A stretch of DNA of 64,000 nucleotides from Thermodesulfobacteriota bacterium (GCA_049322315.1 JBMORF010000060.1:7557-71556); one strand, 5' to 3'; counted from the stretch's first letter, positions 19,162-27,999 are shown. Notes: generated by a model not told the origin, from the sequence alone. Translations and numbers: made by a program.

Positions 19162-19212
19162 CGAACCTTGTGTTCGCCCCCGATGCTGCTGGGCGAACAC
19201 AAGGTTCGCCCC
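19161..19212. repeat. REP-A inverted pair (GCGAACCTTGTGTTCGCCCC / GGGCGAACACAAGGTTCGCCCC)
   Basis: Two inverted copies about 19 nt long, 10 nt apart. The first base is the last base of the mqnC stop codon. Confidence 0.9.
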
Positions 19213-19294
19213 TACGATAATACAAATTAAGTGATTAGGGAAAAACGTAGGGCGGACGCTTCCCGCTTCCAAAACCTTGAACTACTAAAAACAG

Positions 19295-19402
19295 ATGAAT
19301 CCCAAAATCGCCGTCATCGCCAGAGTGGGCGCACACAAAAGTTTTAAGGCCAAAGGTCTTAATCCGGAGGTCAGGGTGGGCACTGCCCACCGATTCCTTT
19401 GA
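19295..19402 (+). pseudogene. Duplicated 5' fragment of the downstream PNP/MTAP-family gene
   Basis: MNPKIAVIARVGAHKSFKAKGLNPE... compared with the true N-terminus MNPKIAIIARVGAHKSFAAQGLKPE. The frame ends after 35 codons. Confidence 0.7.
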
Positions 19403-19418
19403 ATTGCTGAATTCAACA

Positions 19419-20285
19419 ATGAATCCTAAAATCGCGATAATTGCCCGGGTGGGTGCCCATAAAAGTTTCGCGGCCCAGGGCCTGAAACCGGAGAAGACCG
19501 AGGTTTTCTCCACGCCTTATGGCGACAGCCGTCCGGCTCATTTTTTCCGCCATGAGGGCCTGGAGTTTGTCGTCCTCTCCCGCCACGGGGAGGCGGGTTA
19601 CGACCTCTCCGCGCCCTTCCTCAACCCCAAGGCCAACCTCTACGCCCTGAAGGCCCTGGGGGTGGATAAAATCCTGGCCTGGGTGGCCCCCGGGTCTTTG
19701 CAGGAAGATTTGGCTCCCGGCGATCTGGTGGTGCCCCATGACGTCCTGGATGAAGGCAAAGGCGGCCCCCATACCTTTTTCACCGGGGTGGGTTGGGGGT
19801 TTATCCGCCACAACCCACTCTTTTGCCCGGAGTTGCGGGCCGGGTTGCTGGAGGGACTGGAAGGCGTTCCCTTTAAGGTGCATCACCCAGCCGTTTATGT
19901 AGCCACCACCGGCCCCCGGTTGGAAACTGCCGCGGAGATCAGGAAATTCCGTCTCCTGGGCGGCGACTTGGTGGGCCAGACCCTGGTGCCGGAGGTCTTC
20001 CTGGCCCGGGAACTGGAGTTTTGTTATGCGGCCCTCACCTATGTGGTGAATTATGCCGAAGGCCTCCTCGACCGCCCCTACCAGCCGGGAGTGCTTTTCG
20101 AAGGCCTGGCCACCCCGGAGGAAATGGCCCGGGTGGCTGCGGTGGAGGCGGCTTTCCCGGCATTGATCTTACAGCTTCTTCCGTCCCTGGCGGCCACCCC
20201 CCGGGCCTGCCCCTGCCCCCGGTTGCTGGCGCGATACCGCCTCCGGGGGGACATCGGCGAGGACTGGCGCACATGGGTGAGATGA
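19419..20285 (+). CDS. PNP_UDP_1 (MTA phosphorylase/nucleosidase) family protein, possibly the futalosine-pathway nucleosidase step
   Basis: MTAP-like blocks (VVLSRHG, PGDLVVPHD, GPRLETAAE). Start set at ATG 19419. Located inside the mqn cluster. Confidence 0.65.
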   Translation: MNPKIAIIARVGAHKSFAAQGLKPEKTEVFSTPYGDSRPAHFFRHEGLEFVVLSRHGEAGYDLSAPFLNPKANLYALKALGVDKILAWVAPGSLQEDLAPGDLVVPHDVLDEGKGGPHTFFTGVGWGFIRHNPLFCPELRAGLLEGLEGVPFKVHHPAVYVATTGPRLETAAEIRKFRLLGGDLVGQTLVPEVFLARELEFCYAALTYVVNYAEGLLDRPYQPGVLFEGLATPEEMARVAAVEAAFPALILQLLPSLAATPRACPCPRLLARYRLRGDIGEDWRTWVR

Positions 20286-21544
20286 CGGCCCATGTCAGCC
20301 GCTGGGTGCTGCCGGTGAGCGGCCCACCCATTGATAACGGCGCGGTCCTGGTGGCCGGGGACCGGATTAAGGCCGTGGGTTCCGCTTCCGAAGTCCTGCG
20401 GGGCTTTCAGGGGCAGATTAACGACCATGGTTTCGGAGCCATCCTCCCGGGGCTGGTCAATTGCCATACCCACCTGGAGTTTTCCGCCCTGGCCGGCCGC
20501 GTGCCCCCTCAAGAACGCTGGGAAGATTGGCTGGCCCTTACCCTCGCAGCCGCGGCGGCGCTGACTCCCCCGGAAAAAAATGCGGGCCTCCGCCGGGGCC
20601 TCCAGGCCCTGAGAGACACCGGGGTGGCCCTGGTGGGGGATATCAGCAATACCGGGGAAAGTCTGCCCCTGCTGGCGGCGTCTTCCCTGGATTACCAGTT
20701 TTTTTTTGAATGCCTGGGCTTCGACCTGCTGGATCTGGGAAATCTGGAGGAAGCTTTTCCCTTCTTTGCCACCTCCCTGGCTGCTGATAACCCCTGCATC
20801 TCCGCCGGAGCCCATGCCCCCTATTCCGTGTCTCCGGCTCTCTTTAAGGCCGTCAAGCGGTGGAACCGGGAGCGCCGGCGCCCTCAATGCGTGCATCTGG
20901 CGGAATCCCGGGCGGAAGAAGAATTCCTCGCCCGGGGGGATGGTTTTTTCAAGGAACTGTTACAAGCCCGGCGCCGCTGGGTTCCCGATTTCCGGGCTCC
21001 CGGCCTAAGCCCCGCGGCTTATCTCAACTCTCTGGATTTTTGGGGTCCCGACACCCTGGCCGTTCACGGCGTCTGGCTCAATGCCTGGGACTGCGCCCTG
21101 CTGGCAGGCACCGGCGCCTGGGTCGTTCTCTGCCCCCGGGCCAATGTCTATACCGGCGCGGGTACGCCGCCTCTCCCGGAATTGCTGCAAGCCGGAGTGC
21201 CTCTGGCCCTGGGCACCGACTCCCTGGCCGGCAACCACGACCTGAACCTCTTCCAAGAGATGCTCTGGCTCCATCAAAAATACCGCCATTACCCCGAAGG
21301 CCGCTGGCTGCGCCTGGGAACTCTCCAGGGGGCCCGGGCCCTCAAACGTGAATCTGACTTGGGCAGCCTGGAACCCGGGAAAAAGGCGGCGATGGGGTTT
21401 ATTCCTTTAAGCCGGGAAAAAGATTACTGGGAAGAACTCTACACCCGCGGCGCCGCCGGCGAGTGGCGCTGGCTTGGATCAGGGGTTGTTACGGAGAAAG
21501 ATCATGGCAGACAAGGTGCGTTTGGGCCGCATTCAGTATCTTAA
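20282..21544 (+). CDS. Amidohydrolase (MtaD / aminofutalosine deaminase-like)
   Basis: Metal motif VNCHTHLEFS, HLAES and GTDSLA. Start chosen at the ATGA overlap with the upstream stop (20282-20285). Confidence 0.65.
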   Translation: MTAHVSRWVLPVSGPPIDNGAVLVAGDRIKAVGSASEVLRGFQGQINDHGFGAILPGLVNCHTHLEFSALAGRVPPQERWEDWLALTLAAAAALTPPEKNAGLRRGLQALRDTGVALVGDISNTGESLPLLAASSLDYQFFFECLGFDLLDLGNLEEAFPFFATSLAADNPCISAGAHAPYSVSPALFKAVKRWNRERRRPQCVHLAESRAEEEFLARGDGFFKELLQARRRWVPDFRAPGLSPAAYLNSLDFWGPDTLAVHGVWLNAWDCALLAGTGAWVVLCPRANVYTGAGTPPLPELLQAGVPLALGTDSLAGNHDLNLFQEMLWLHQKYRHYPEGRWLRLGTLQGARALKRESDLGSLEPGKKAAMGFIPLSREKDYWEELYTRGAAGEWRWLGSGVVTEKDHGRQGAFGPHSVS

Positions 21545-22331
21545 CGTTTTGCCCATCTATTTTGCCCTGGAAAATCTCTTTGGGGAAAACGGCTTTGACT
21601 TGGTCACCGGCACGCCTGCGGACCTGAACGCCGGGCTGCGTCAGGGCCGGGTGGATCTGGGCTCCGTCTCGGCCATGGAGTACGGCCGTAACTTTCGGGA
21701 TTATTTTCTGCTCCCCGACCTCTCCATCAGTTCCCGGGGGCCGGTGGGCAGTGTCTTGCTCTTCAGCCGGGTGCCGGTGGCCGAGCTGGATGGCCGGAGC
21801 CTCCTGATGAGCGCCCACTCCGCCAGCGGAGCCGCGCTTTTGAAGGTGTTGATGGCTGAACTTTACGGCCTGCAACCCAGCTACCGCCAGGGTTCGGTGG
21901 AGGAGGCCCTTACCTCGGCAGATGACGGCGTACTGGCCATCGGCGATGAGGCCCTGCAATTACAACCCCGAGGCAGTTGGCCCTATCAGTTGGATCTGGG
22001 CGCGGCCTGGCAGGAGTGGGTCGGCCTCCCCTTCGTCTTCGGCGTCTGGGCCGTGCGCCGGGATTATGCCGCGGCCTGTCCGGAAAAAACCGCGGCCTTG
22101 CATTATCTGCTGCTTCGCTCCCGGGATTGGGGCCTTAAGGCCCTCCCGGAGCTGAGCCGCTTGGCCGCCGCCACCCTGGGCCGCCCGGTCTCCGAGCTGC
22201 TCTCTTACTTCCGGCAACTGGATTATTCCCTGGGTCAGGATCACGAAAAGGGTCTGCATACCTTTTTTAACTATCTCTATAACCTGGGAGAACTTGCAGA
22301 AATCCCGGAGCTAACTTATTTTCAGGAGTGA
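21504..22331 (+). CDS. mqnA: Chorismate dehydratase MqnA
   Basis: RLGRIQYLNVLPIYFAL N-terminus typical of MqnA (VitK2_biosynth family). Confidence 0.75.
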   Translation: MADKVRLGRIQYLNVLPIYFALENLFGENGFDLVTGTPADLNAGLRQGRVDLGSVSAMEYGRNFRDYFLLPDLSISSRGPVGSVLLFSRVPVAELDGRSLLMSAHSASGAALLKVLMAELYGLQPSYRQGSVEEALTSADDGVLAIGDEALQLQPRGSWPYQLDLGAAWQEWVGLPFVFGVWAVRRDYAAACPEKTAALHYLLLRSRDWGLKALPELSRLAAATLGRPVSELLSYFRQLDYSLGQDHEKGLHTFFNYLYNLGELAEIPELTYFQE

Positions 22332-22333
22332 AG

Positions 22334-22683
22334 GCAGTGAGCAGCAAGCAGTTAGCGGTGAGCAGTTGTTTTCTTCTGGCCACTGGCCACTGACTACTGG
22401 CCACTGACTACTGGCCACTGACTACTGGCTACTGACTACTGGCTACTGACTACTGGCTACTGACTACTGGCTACTGACTACTGGCTACTGACTACTGGCT
22501 ACTGACTACTGGCTACTGGCTACTGACTACTGGCTACTGGCTACTGGCTACTGGCTACTGACTACTGGCTACTGGCTACTGACTACTGGCTACTGGCTAC
22601 TGGCTACTGACTACTGACTACTGACTACTGACTACTGGCTACTTAGTATTGATTACTGATTTGAGTTCGCTGATCGCTGTTCT
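22334..22683 (+). repeat. Giant phased heptamer array, 50 units (350 bp)
   Basis: The core 22376-22641 is 38 perfect units: 4 CTGGCCA, 18 CTGGCTA and 16 CTGACTA. Degenerate in-phase units flank it (GCAGYRA on the 5' side, CTTAGTA..CTGATCG on the 3' side). The array starts 2 nt after the mqnA stop. Confidence 0.97.
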
Positions 22684-22709
22684 ATCTTCCTCCTTAAAAG
22701 GATAACCCA

Positions 22710-24155
22710 ATGGGATATCGGCATTTACAGGAATTTATCCGACGTCTGGAGCGGGCCGGGGAGTTGGTGCGCCTCAAAGAACCGGTGAACCCCTATTTGG
22801 AGATTACGGAGATCACCGACCGGGTCTCAAAGGCCGGAGGCCCGGCCCTGCTCTTTGAGCAAGTCCCGGGCTACGATCTACCGGTGCTGATGAACGCCTT
22901 CGGCTCCTTGAAACGCATGTGCCTGGCCCTGGAGGTGGACTCCCTGGACGATATTGCCGGGGAGATTCTCTCTTTCCTGGAGGCTGAGGCCAACACCCTG
23001 ATGAAAAAATTGCAGCTCCTCCCTAAGTTGGCCCGGCTCGGCCGCATGTTTCCCAAGACCGTGTCCAAGGCCCCCTGCCAGGAGGTGGTTTACACCGGCG
23101 AGCAGGTGGACTTAAGGACTATTCCCGTGCTCCACTGCTGGCCCCAGGACGGCGGTCCTTTCATCACCCTGCCCGCGGTCATCAGCCACCATCCGGAGAC
23201 CGGCAAACGCAACGTGGGCATGTACCGCCTCCAGGTTTACGATGGGCAGACCACCGGCATGCACTGGCACCGGCATAAGGGCGGAGCCCAGCACTACCGG
23301 GTGGCTTCGGCCAGGGGGGAAAATCTGCCGGTGGCGGTGGCCATCGGCCCCGACCCCGCGGTGATCTATGCGGCCACCGCGCCCTTGCCGGAAGATATCG
23401 ATGAAATCGTCTTTGCCGGTTTCTTAAGGGGGGAGGCGGTGGAGATGGTCAATTGCCTCACCCAGCCGGTGATGGTGCCTGCAGAGAGCCAGATCGTCCT
23501 GGAAGGCTATGTGGCCCCCGGGGAACTGCGCCGGGAAGGCCCCTTCGGCGATCATACCGGTTACTATTCCCTGGCCGACGATTATCCGGTCTTTCATATC
23601 ACCGCCCTGACCCAGCGCCGGGAGGCGGTTTATCCGGCCACCATTGTCGGGCGGCCCCCCATGGAGGATTGTTTCATTGCCAAGGCCACGGAGCGCATCT
23701 TTTTGCCCTTAATGAAGAAAACCCTGCCGGAGATCGTGGACCTCAACCTGCCGGTGGAAGGAGTCTTCCATAACCTGGCCTTTGTCAGTATCGACAAACG
23801 TTATCCCGGTCATGCCCGTAAGGTGATGCACGCCCTCTGGGGCCTGGGGCAGATGATGTTCACCAAGATCATCGTGGTTTTTGACCGGGAGGTGGACGTC
23901 CAGGATCTGGGCCAGGTTCTCTGGCGGTTAGGGAACAACGTGGACCCCAAGCGGGACGTGGTTTTCGCCGAAGGGCCGGTGGACGCCCTGGATCACGCCT
24001 CGCCTTTACCCCATTACGGGTCCAAGATGGGCATCGACGCCACCCGCAAGGGGCCGGAGGAAGGCTTTACCCGGGAATGGCCGCCGGTCATCGACATGGA
24101 CCCGGAAATCAAACGCAAGGTGGATGAACTGTGGCCGCGGCTGGGACTGGCATGA
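22710..24155 (+). CDS. ubiD: UbiD family decarboxylase (menaquinone/ubiquinone-type, MqnL-like)
   Basis: 481 aa with GMYRLQV, HWHRHKGGA and GPFGDHTGYY. Confidence 0.85.
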   Translation: MGYRHLQEFIRRLERAGELVRLKEPVNPYLEITEITDRVSKAGGPALLFEQVPGYDLPVLMNAFGSLKRMCLALEVDSLDDIAGEILSFLEAEANTLMKKLQLLPKLARLGRMFPKTVSKAPCQEVVYTGEQVDLRTIPVLHCWPQDGGPFITLPAVISHHPETGKRNVGMYRLQVYDGQTTGMHWHRHKGGAQHYRVASARGENLPVAVAIGPDPAVIYAATAPLPEDIDEIVFAGFLRGEAVEMVNCLTQPVMVPAESQIVLEGYVAPGELRREGPFGDHTGYYSLADDYPVFHITALTQRREAVYPATIVGRPPMEDCFIAKATERIFLPLMKKTLPEIVDLNLPVEGVFHNLAFVSIDKRYPGHARKVMHALWGLGQMMFTKIIVVFDREVDVQDLGQVLWRLGNNVDPKRDVVFAEGPVDALDHASPLPHYGSKMGIDATRKGPEEGFTREWPPVIDMDPEIKRKVDELWPRLGLA

Positions 24156-24715
24156 ACCGTTATCTAGTGGCCGTCACCGGGGCTTCCGGCATGATCTACG
24201 CCCGGGAGCTATGCCGTTATTTCGCCAACCGGCCGGACCTGGAACTTCATATGGTCATCTCCTCTGCCGGGGAACAGGTGCTTTCCCTGGAACTTGATCT
24301 GACCCCCGGGGATTTGGCGCCGGGAGCCATCTGGCATAAGGTGGATAACTTCGCCTCGGCTTTGGCCAGCGGCTCTTTCCAGGCCCGGGCCATGGTGGTG
24401 ATCCCCTGCACCATGGGCACCCTGGGGGCCATCGCCCAGGGGGTGGGCCGCAACCTGATCCACCGGGCCGGGGAGGTCTTTCTAAAAGAGAAGCGGCCCC
24501 TGATCCTGGTGGTCCGGGAAACCCCCTTGAGCCTCATCCATCTGCAGAACCTCACCCGGGCCGCGGCCGCAGGGGCCACCATCTTCCCGGCCTGCCCCGG
24601 CTTCTACCACCGCCCCCGAACCTTGGAAGAACTGGCCCGGCACCTGGTGGGCCGCATCCTGGATCACCTGGGCCTGGAACACCAACTCGGCCCCCGTTGG
24701 GGAGAGAATGACTGA
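24152..24715 (+). CDS. ubiX: Flavin prenyltransferase UbiX
   Basis: VAVTGASGMIYA. ATGA overlap with the ubiD stop. Confidence 0.85.
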   Translation: MNRYLVAVTGASGMIYARELCRYFANRPDLELHMVISSAGEQVLSLELDLTPGDLAPGAIWHKVDNFASALASGSFQARAMVVIPCTMGTLGAIAQGVGRNLIHRAGEVFLKEKRPLILVVRETPLSLIHLQNLTRAAAAGATIFPACPGFYHRPRTLEELARHLVGRILDHLGLEHQLGPRWGEND

Positions 24716-24718
24716 AAA

Positions 24719-24795
24719 GTTCAAGGTTCAAAGTTCAAGGTTCAAGGTTTCGAGATGCGATAATAACTTTGAACTTTGAACCTTCAACTTTGAAC
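24719..24795. repeat. Inverted heptamer arms GTTCAAR x4 / YTTGAAC x4 (11 phased units, hairpin-capable)
   Basis: gttcaag gttcaaa gttcaag gttcaag gtttcga gatgcga taataac tttgaac tttgaac cttcaac tttgaac. Starts 3 nt after the ubiX stop. Confidence 0.95.
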
Positions 24796-24806
24796 TAAGG
24801 TTCATT

Positions 24807-25667
24807 ATGCAGCAATTTTTTCGCAATATCTATGAAATTCTGGACATGATCAAAATCGGCCACAGTGTCCTGGCCCTCCCCTTTGCCTTTATGGGGGCCA
24901 TGCTGGCGGCCCGGGGCTGGCCGGATGGCCGCACCACCCTCTTTATCCTCCTGGCCATGGTCACCGCCCGGAGCGCGGCCATGGCCTTCAATCGTCTGGT
25001 GGATGCCGCCATCGACGCCGCCAACCCCCGGACCGCCACCCGATCGTTGCCCCAAGGACGTCTAAAGAGGAACTCGGTGCGGCTCTTTGTGGCCGTGAAT
25101 TGCCTGCTCTTTGTCTGGGCCGCGGGCCAGCTCAACCGAATCTGCCTTTTCCTCTCTCCCCTGGCCCTGGCGGTGATTTTAGGCTATTCCCTCACCAAAA
25201 GGTTCACCTCCGCCACCCATTTTATCCTGGGTTTGGGTCTGGGCCTGGCTCCGGTGGGTGGCTGGCTGGCGGTACGGGGCGATCTGAGCCTCCAGGTTCT
25301 GGTTTTGGGAGGGTCTGTCCTTTTTTGGGTGGCGGGTTTTGATATCCTCTACGCCCTCCAGGATGAGGAGTTCGACCGGCAAACGGGGCTCTGGTCCCTG
25401 CCGGCCCGGGTGGGGTCGGATTGGGCCCGGGGTCTGGCGGCCGGCTGCCACCTGCTGGCGGCCGCCGGTTTTCTCCTTACCGGTATCATGGCGGGGTTAC
25501 ACGGGGTTTACCCGGTGGCCGCGCTTTTAGGGGCCGGACTGCTGGCCGGTCAACATATAATTCTTACCCTGAGGGGAGCCACACGGCTCCCTCCAGCCTT
25601 TTTTACTCTCAACGGCTTGGTGGGGCTGGGCTTGGGTTTAGCCACGTGGCTCAGCCTTGTCCGCTAA
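24807..25667 (+). CDS. UbiA family prenyltransferase (4-hydroxybenzoate polyprenyltransferase-like / MqnP-like)
   Basis: NRLVDAAIDAANPRT Asp-rich motif in a polytopic protein. Confidence 0.8.
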   Translation: MQQFFRNIYEILDMIKIGHSVLALPFAFMGAMLAARGWPDGRTTLFILLAMVTARSAAMAFNRLVDAAIDAANPRTATRSLPQGRLKRNSVRLFVAVNCLLFVWAAGQLNRICLFLSPLALAVILGYSLTKRFTSATHFILGLGLGLAPVGGWLAVRGDLSLQVLVLGGSVLFWVAGFDILYALQDEEFDRQTGLWSLPARVGSDWARGLAAGCHLLAAAGFLLTGIMAGLHGVYPVAALLGAGLLAGQHIILTLRGATRLPPAFFTLNGLVGLGLGLATWLSLVR

Positions 25668-25703
25668 ACTTTTTTCTTTTTTGTGTCGAAGATGATTTTA
25701 TCC

Positions 25704-25733
25704 TTGACAAAAAAAAGGCCTGGCGCTTAAAAT
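25704..25733 (+). promoter_or_regulatory. Putative sigma70 promoter (TTGACA-N18-TAAAAT) of OMP paralog 1
   Basis: The TCCTTGACAAAAAAA block is shared with paralog 2. Confidence 0.45.
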
Positions 25734-25861
25734 GGGGGTGCCTTGAAAAGGAGAAAGGATTGGTCTTGATAAATCCTGGAAAGGAGGGATGGGGGGAACT
25801 ATAAAAAGACAGCCTCAAGACCGCAACAAAAGTTCTTCAACGATTAAGGGGGGATAATCTA

Positions 25862-26695
25862 ATGAAAAAAAGTATTGCGTTTGCCGGAGCCGTAGTTCTG
25901 GCAGCCGTCCTGTTGGTCCTGCCCGTCGGGGCCAAGGCGGAGATGTATGTGGAGGCTTATTTAGGGGGGACTCTGACTAGTTCTTCCTCACAGAATTTCA
26001 GCACTTATACGGCGAGCCCAACTTTGGGGCTAAGCCGCGCTTTCACTCATTCCATTCCCGGAACTTTCGATCCCTCGGTAGTCGGTGGTCTGAAGATCGG
26101 TACCTGGTTTGTCAAGGAAGGTGTCCTGGGATATAACTACCCTGACTGGATGAAATATTTGGGGTTCTATCTCGATTTCAGTTATCATCGTCTGGACATG
26201 CGGCGCCAGTCTACCTCTTCCTTTGTCATCACCAACGATATCGGACCCGGGGTTTCCAACGGCGAATGGTTTAGCGAAGGCAATGCGGCCACCTTGGCCT
26301 TCATGTTCGCCTTCCGGTACGGCTTCCTGCCCGACAGCGAAGTTCCCTTCGGCCGCTTGCAGCCTTATATCGCTGTGGGCCCGGCGATCCTGTTCGCTTC
26401 CCAGAATCCCACATTCCATACGGGCGATTTCACCAACGGCTTGTTTGGCCGTACGCTTGAAGGAGGCTCCAAATCTGGTGCCTTTATCGCCCTGGCATTG
26501 GATGCGGGTATCCGCTGGATGGCTTTAAAGAATGTCTCCATCGACGTTTTCTTTAATTACCGTTATGCTCAGCCCAGTTTCTCCTATACCAGCCAGGATA
26601 ATTTTGGCCCCATCGGGTTTACGCCTCAATCTTTTACCCTCAACCCCACCTATCACATCTTCAGTGGGAATGTGGGTGCGGCGTACCACTTCTAA
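25862..26695 (+). CDS. Outer-membrane beta-barrel protein (paralog 1)
   Basis: Signal peptide ending VGAKA-EMY, alternating beta-strand pattern, and C-terminal GAAYHF. Confidence 0.75.
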   Translation: MKKSIAFAGAVVLAAVLLVLPVGAKAEMYVEAYLGGTLTSSSSQNFSTYTASPTLGLSRAFTHSIPGTFDPSVVGGLKIGTWFVKEGVLGYNYPDWMKYLGFYLDFSYHRLDMRRQSTSSFVITNDIGPGVSNGEWFSEGNAATLAFMFAFRYGFLPDSEVPFGRLQPYIAVGPAILFASQNPTFHTGDFTNGLFGRTLEGGSKSGAFIALALDAGIRWMALKNVSIDVFFNYRYAQPSFSYTSQDNFGPIGFTPQSFTLNPTYHIFSGNVGAAYHF

Positions 26696-26720
26696 TCTGA
26701 ACCTGACAACGTAACTCCCA

Positions 26721-26746
26721 AGGCGGCCTTTTGGCCGCCTTTTTTG
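26721..26746 (+). terminator. Rho-independent terminator
   Basis: AGGCGGCC-tttt-GGCCGCCT followed by TTTTT. Confidence 0.8.
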
Positions 26747-26840
26747 TTAAGCTAACCGACAAGTTGACTGCACGGGAAAGTGGTTGTCTCCCTTAACCTC
26801 AACTGAAACCTTAACTGACCATTGCTGATTCACTATTTCC

Positions 26841-26870
26841 TTGACAAAAAAATAACTTAATTCTTATGAT
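26841..26870 (+). promoter_or_regulatory. Putative sigma70 promoter (TTGACA-N18-TATGAT) of OMP paralog 2
   Basis: Same -35 context as at 25704. Confidence 0.45.
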
Positions 26871-26997
26871 GTGTCTGTATGTAGAAATGTATTCAAAGAG
26901 GGGTTAACAGGAAGACGGCAAGAGGTGTATGGCGGAAGCGGAAAACTCGTTCAGAACCTCAACCGATAGTTTCTCTAAGATTAAGGGGGATAATCAA

Positions 26998-27798
26998 ATG
27001 AAAAAAAGTTATGTGCTTGCCGGAATCATGGTTTTGGTGGTCGTCTTGGTGGTCCTGCCTGTGGGGGCCAAGGCGGAGATGTACGTGGAAGCTTACCTCG
27101 GCGCCAACCTTGCGGCTAACGCCAATAACGAGACCACAGGTTCGTATACCATTCCGGGCGGTGGTGGGGCGTGGCCTTTTTCCTTTAATCACCAGGGGCA
27201 TATCGATCCGGCCTTTCAAGGTGGCCTGAAAGTCGGCACCTGGTTCGTCAAAGAGGGGTTTCTGGGGTATAACTACCCGGACTGGATGAAGTATCTCGGC
27301 TTCTATCTTGATTTCAGCTATCATCGGGTGGATTTTCGGCGGCAGAATATGAGAGCGGTTTATGCCACCCCCACCGGTCCGGAGTCCTATAGAGATGACT
27401 TCTTTAGCGAAGGGAACGCCGCCACCTTGGCCTTTATGTTCGCGGCCCGCTATGGCTTTTTGCCGGACAGCGAGGTCCCCTTCGGTCGGCTGCAACCTTA
27501 CGTGGCGGTGGGACCCGCCATCCTCTTTTCCAGCCAGAGACCCAATTTTTATACCCCCGCCTGGTCCTTGCAGTGTCCTTCCCAATCCAGCACCGACATC
27601 TGCCTGGCAGTGGAAGCGGGCCTGAGATGGATGGCTTTGAAAAACGTCTCCATCGATGTTTCCTATAAGTTCCGTTATGCCAATCCAACTTACTCCTTTG
27701 ATGGGGTGTGGGACACTAATCCTTTGTTGCACAACTTCGACTTCAGCCCCACCTTTTATTTCCATAGCTTCCAGGTGGGCGCGGCGTATCACTTCTAA
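26998..27798 (+). CDS. Outer-membrane beta-barrel protein (paralog 2)
   Basis: Start at MKKSYVLAG (RBS AAGGGGG). The N- and C-terminal thirds are near-identical to paralog 1. Ends GAAYHF. Confidence 0.75.
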   Translation: MKKSYVLAGIMVLVVVLVVLPVGAKAEMYVEAYLGANLAANANNETTGSYTIPGGGGAWPFSFNHQGHIDPAFQGGLKVGTWFVKEGFLGYNYPDWMKYLGFYLDFSYHRVDFRRQNMRAVYATPTGPESYRDDFFSEGNAATLAFMFAARYGFLPDSEVPFGRLQPYVAVGPAILFSSQRPNFYTPAWSLQCPSQSSTDICLAVEAGLRWMALKNVSIDVSYKFRYANPTYSFDGVWDTNPLLHNFDFSPTFYFHSFQVGAAYHF

Positions 27799-27823
27799 TC
27801 CGAACCTGATCAGGTAACTTCCC

Positions 27824-27848
27824 AGGCGGCCTAGTGGCCGCCTTTTTT
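27824..27848 (+). terminator. Rho-independent terminator
   Basis: AGGCGGCC-tagt-GGCCGCCT followed by TTTTT. Confidence 0.8.
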
Positions 27849-27999
27849 CGCGGGAACCTCCCCCCTTGTCCTTTCCCGCTCTTGTCTCCTGAAACCCAAG
27901 ATGATATGTTGTGGTGCGATTATCTGAAAAAATTATCAAGGTCGGGGAGGGGGTTTGGGGGAGATGTCCGGACCCCTGCCGCGATAAATTCCATTTCCC

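Noticed and set aside
20021-20281. N-terminal 87-aa extension of the amidohydrolase ORF (track start 20021)
   Set aside because: The extension fully overlaps the 3' end of the PNP-family gene in another frame and is Pro/Gly-rich. The ATG at 20282 forms an ATGA overlap with the upstream stop and precedes the conserved amidohydrolase N-terminus.
22334-22683. Possible CRISPR array because of the long regular repeat
   Set aside because: The period is 7 nt with no unique spacers, there are no cas genes in the window, and the units are contiguous. It is a microsatellite-like tandem repeat, not a CRISPR array.
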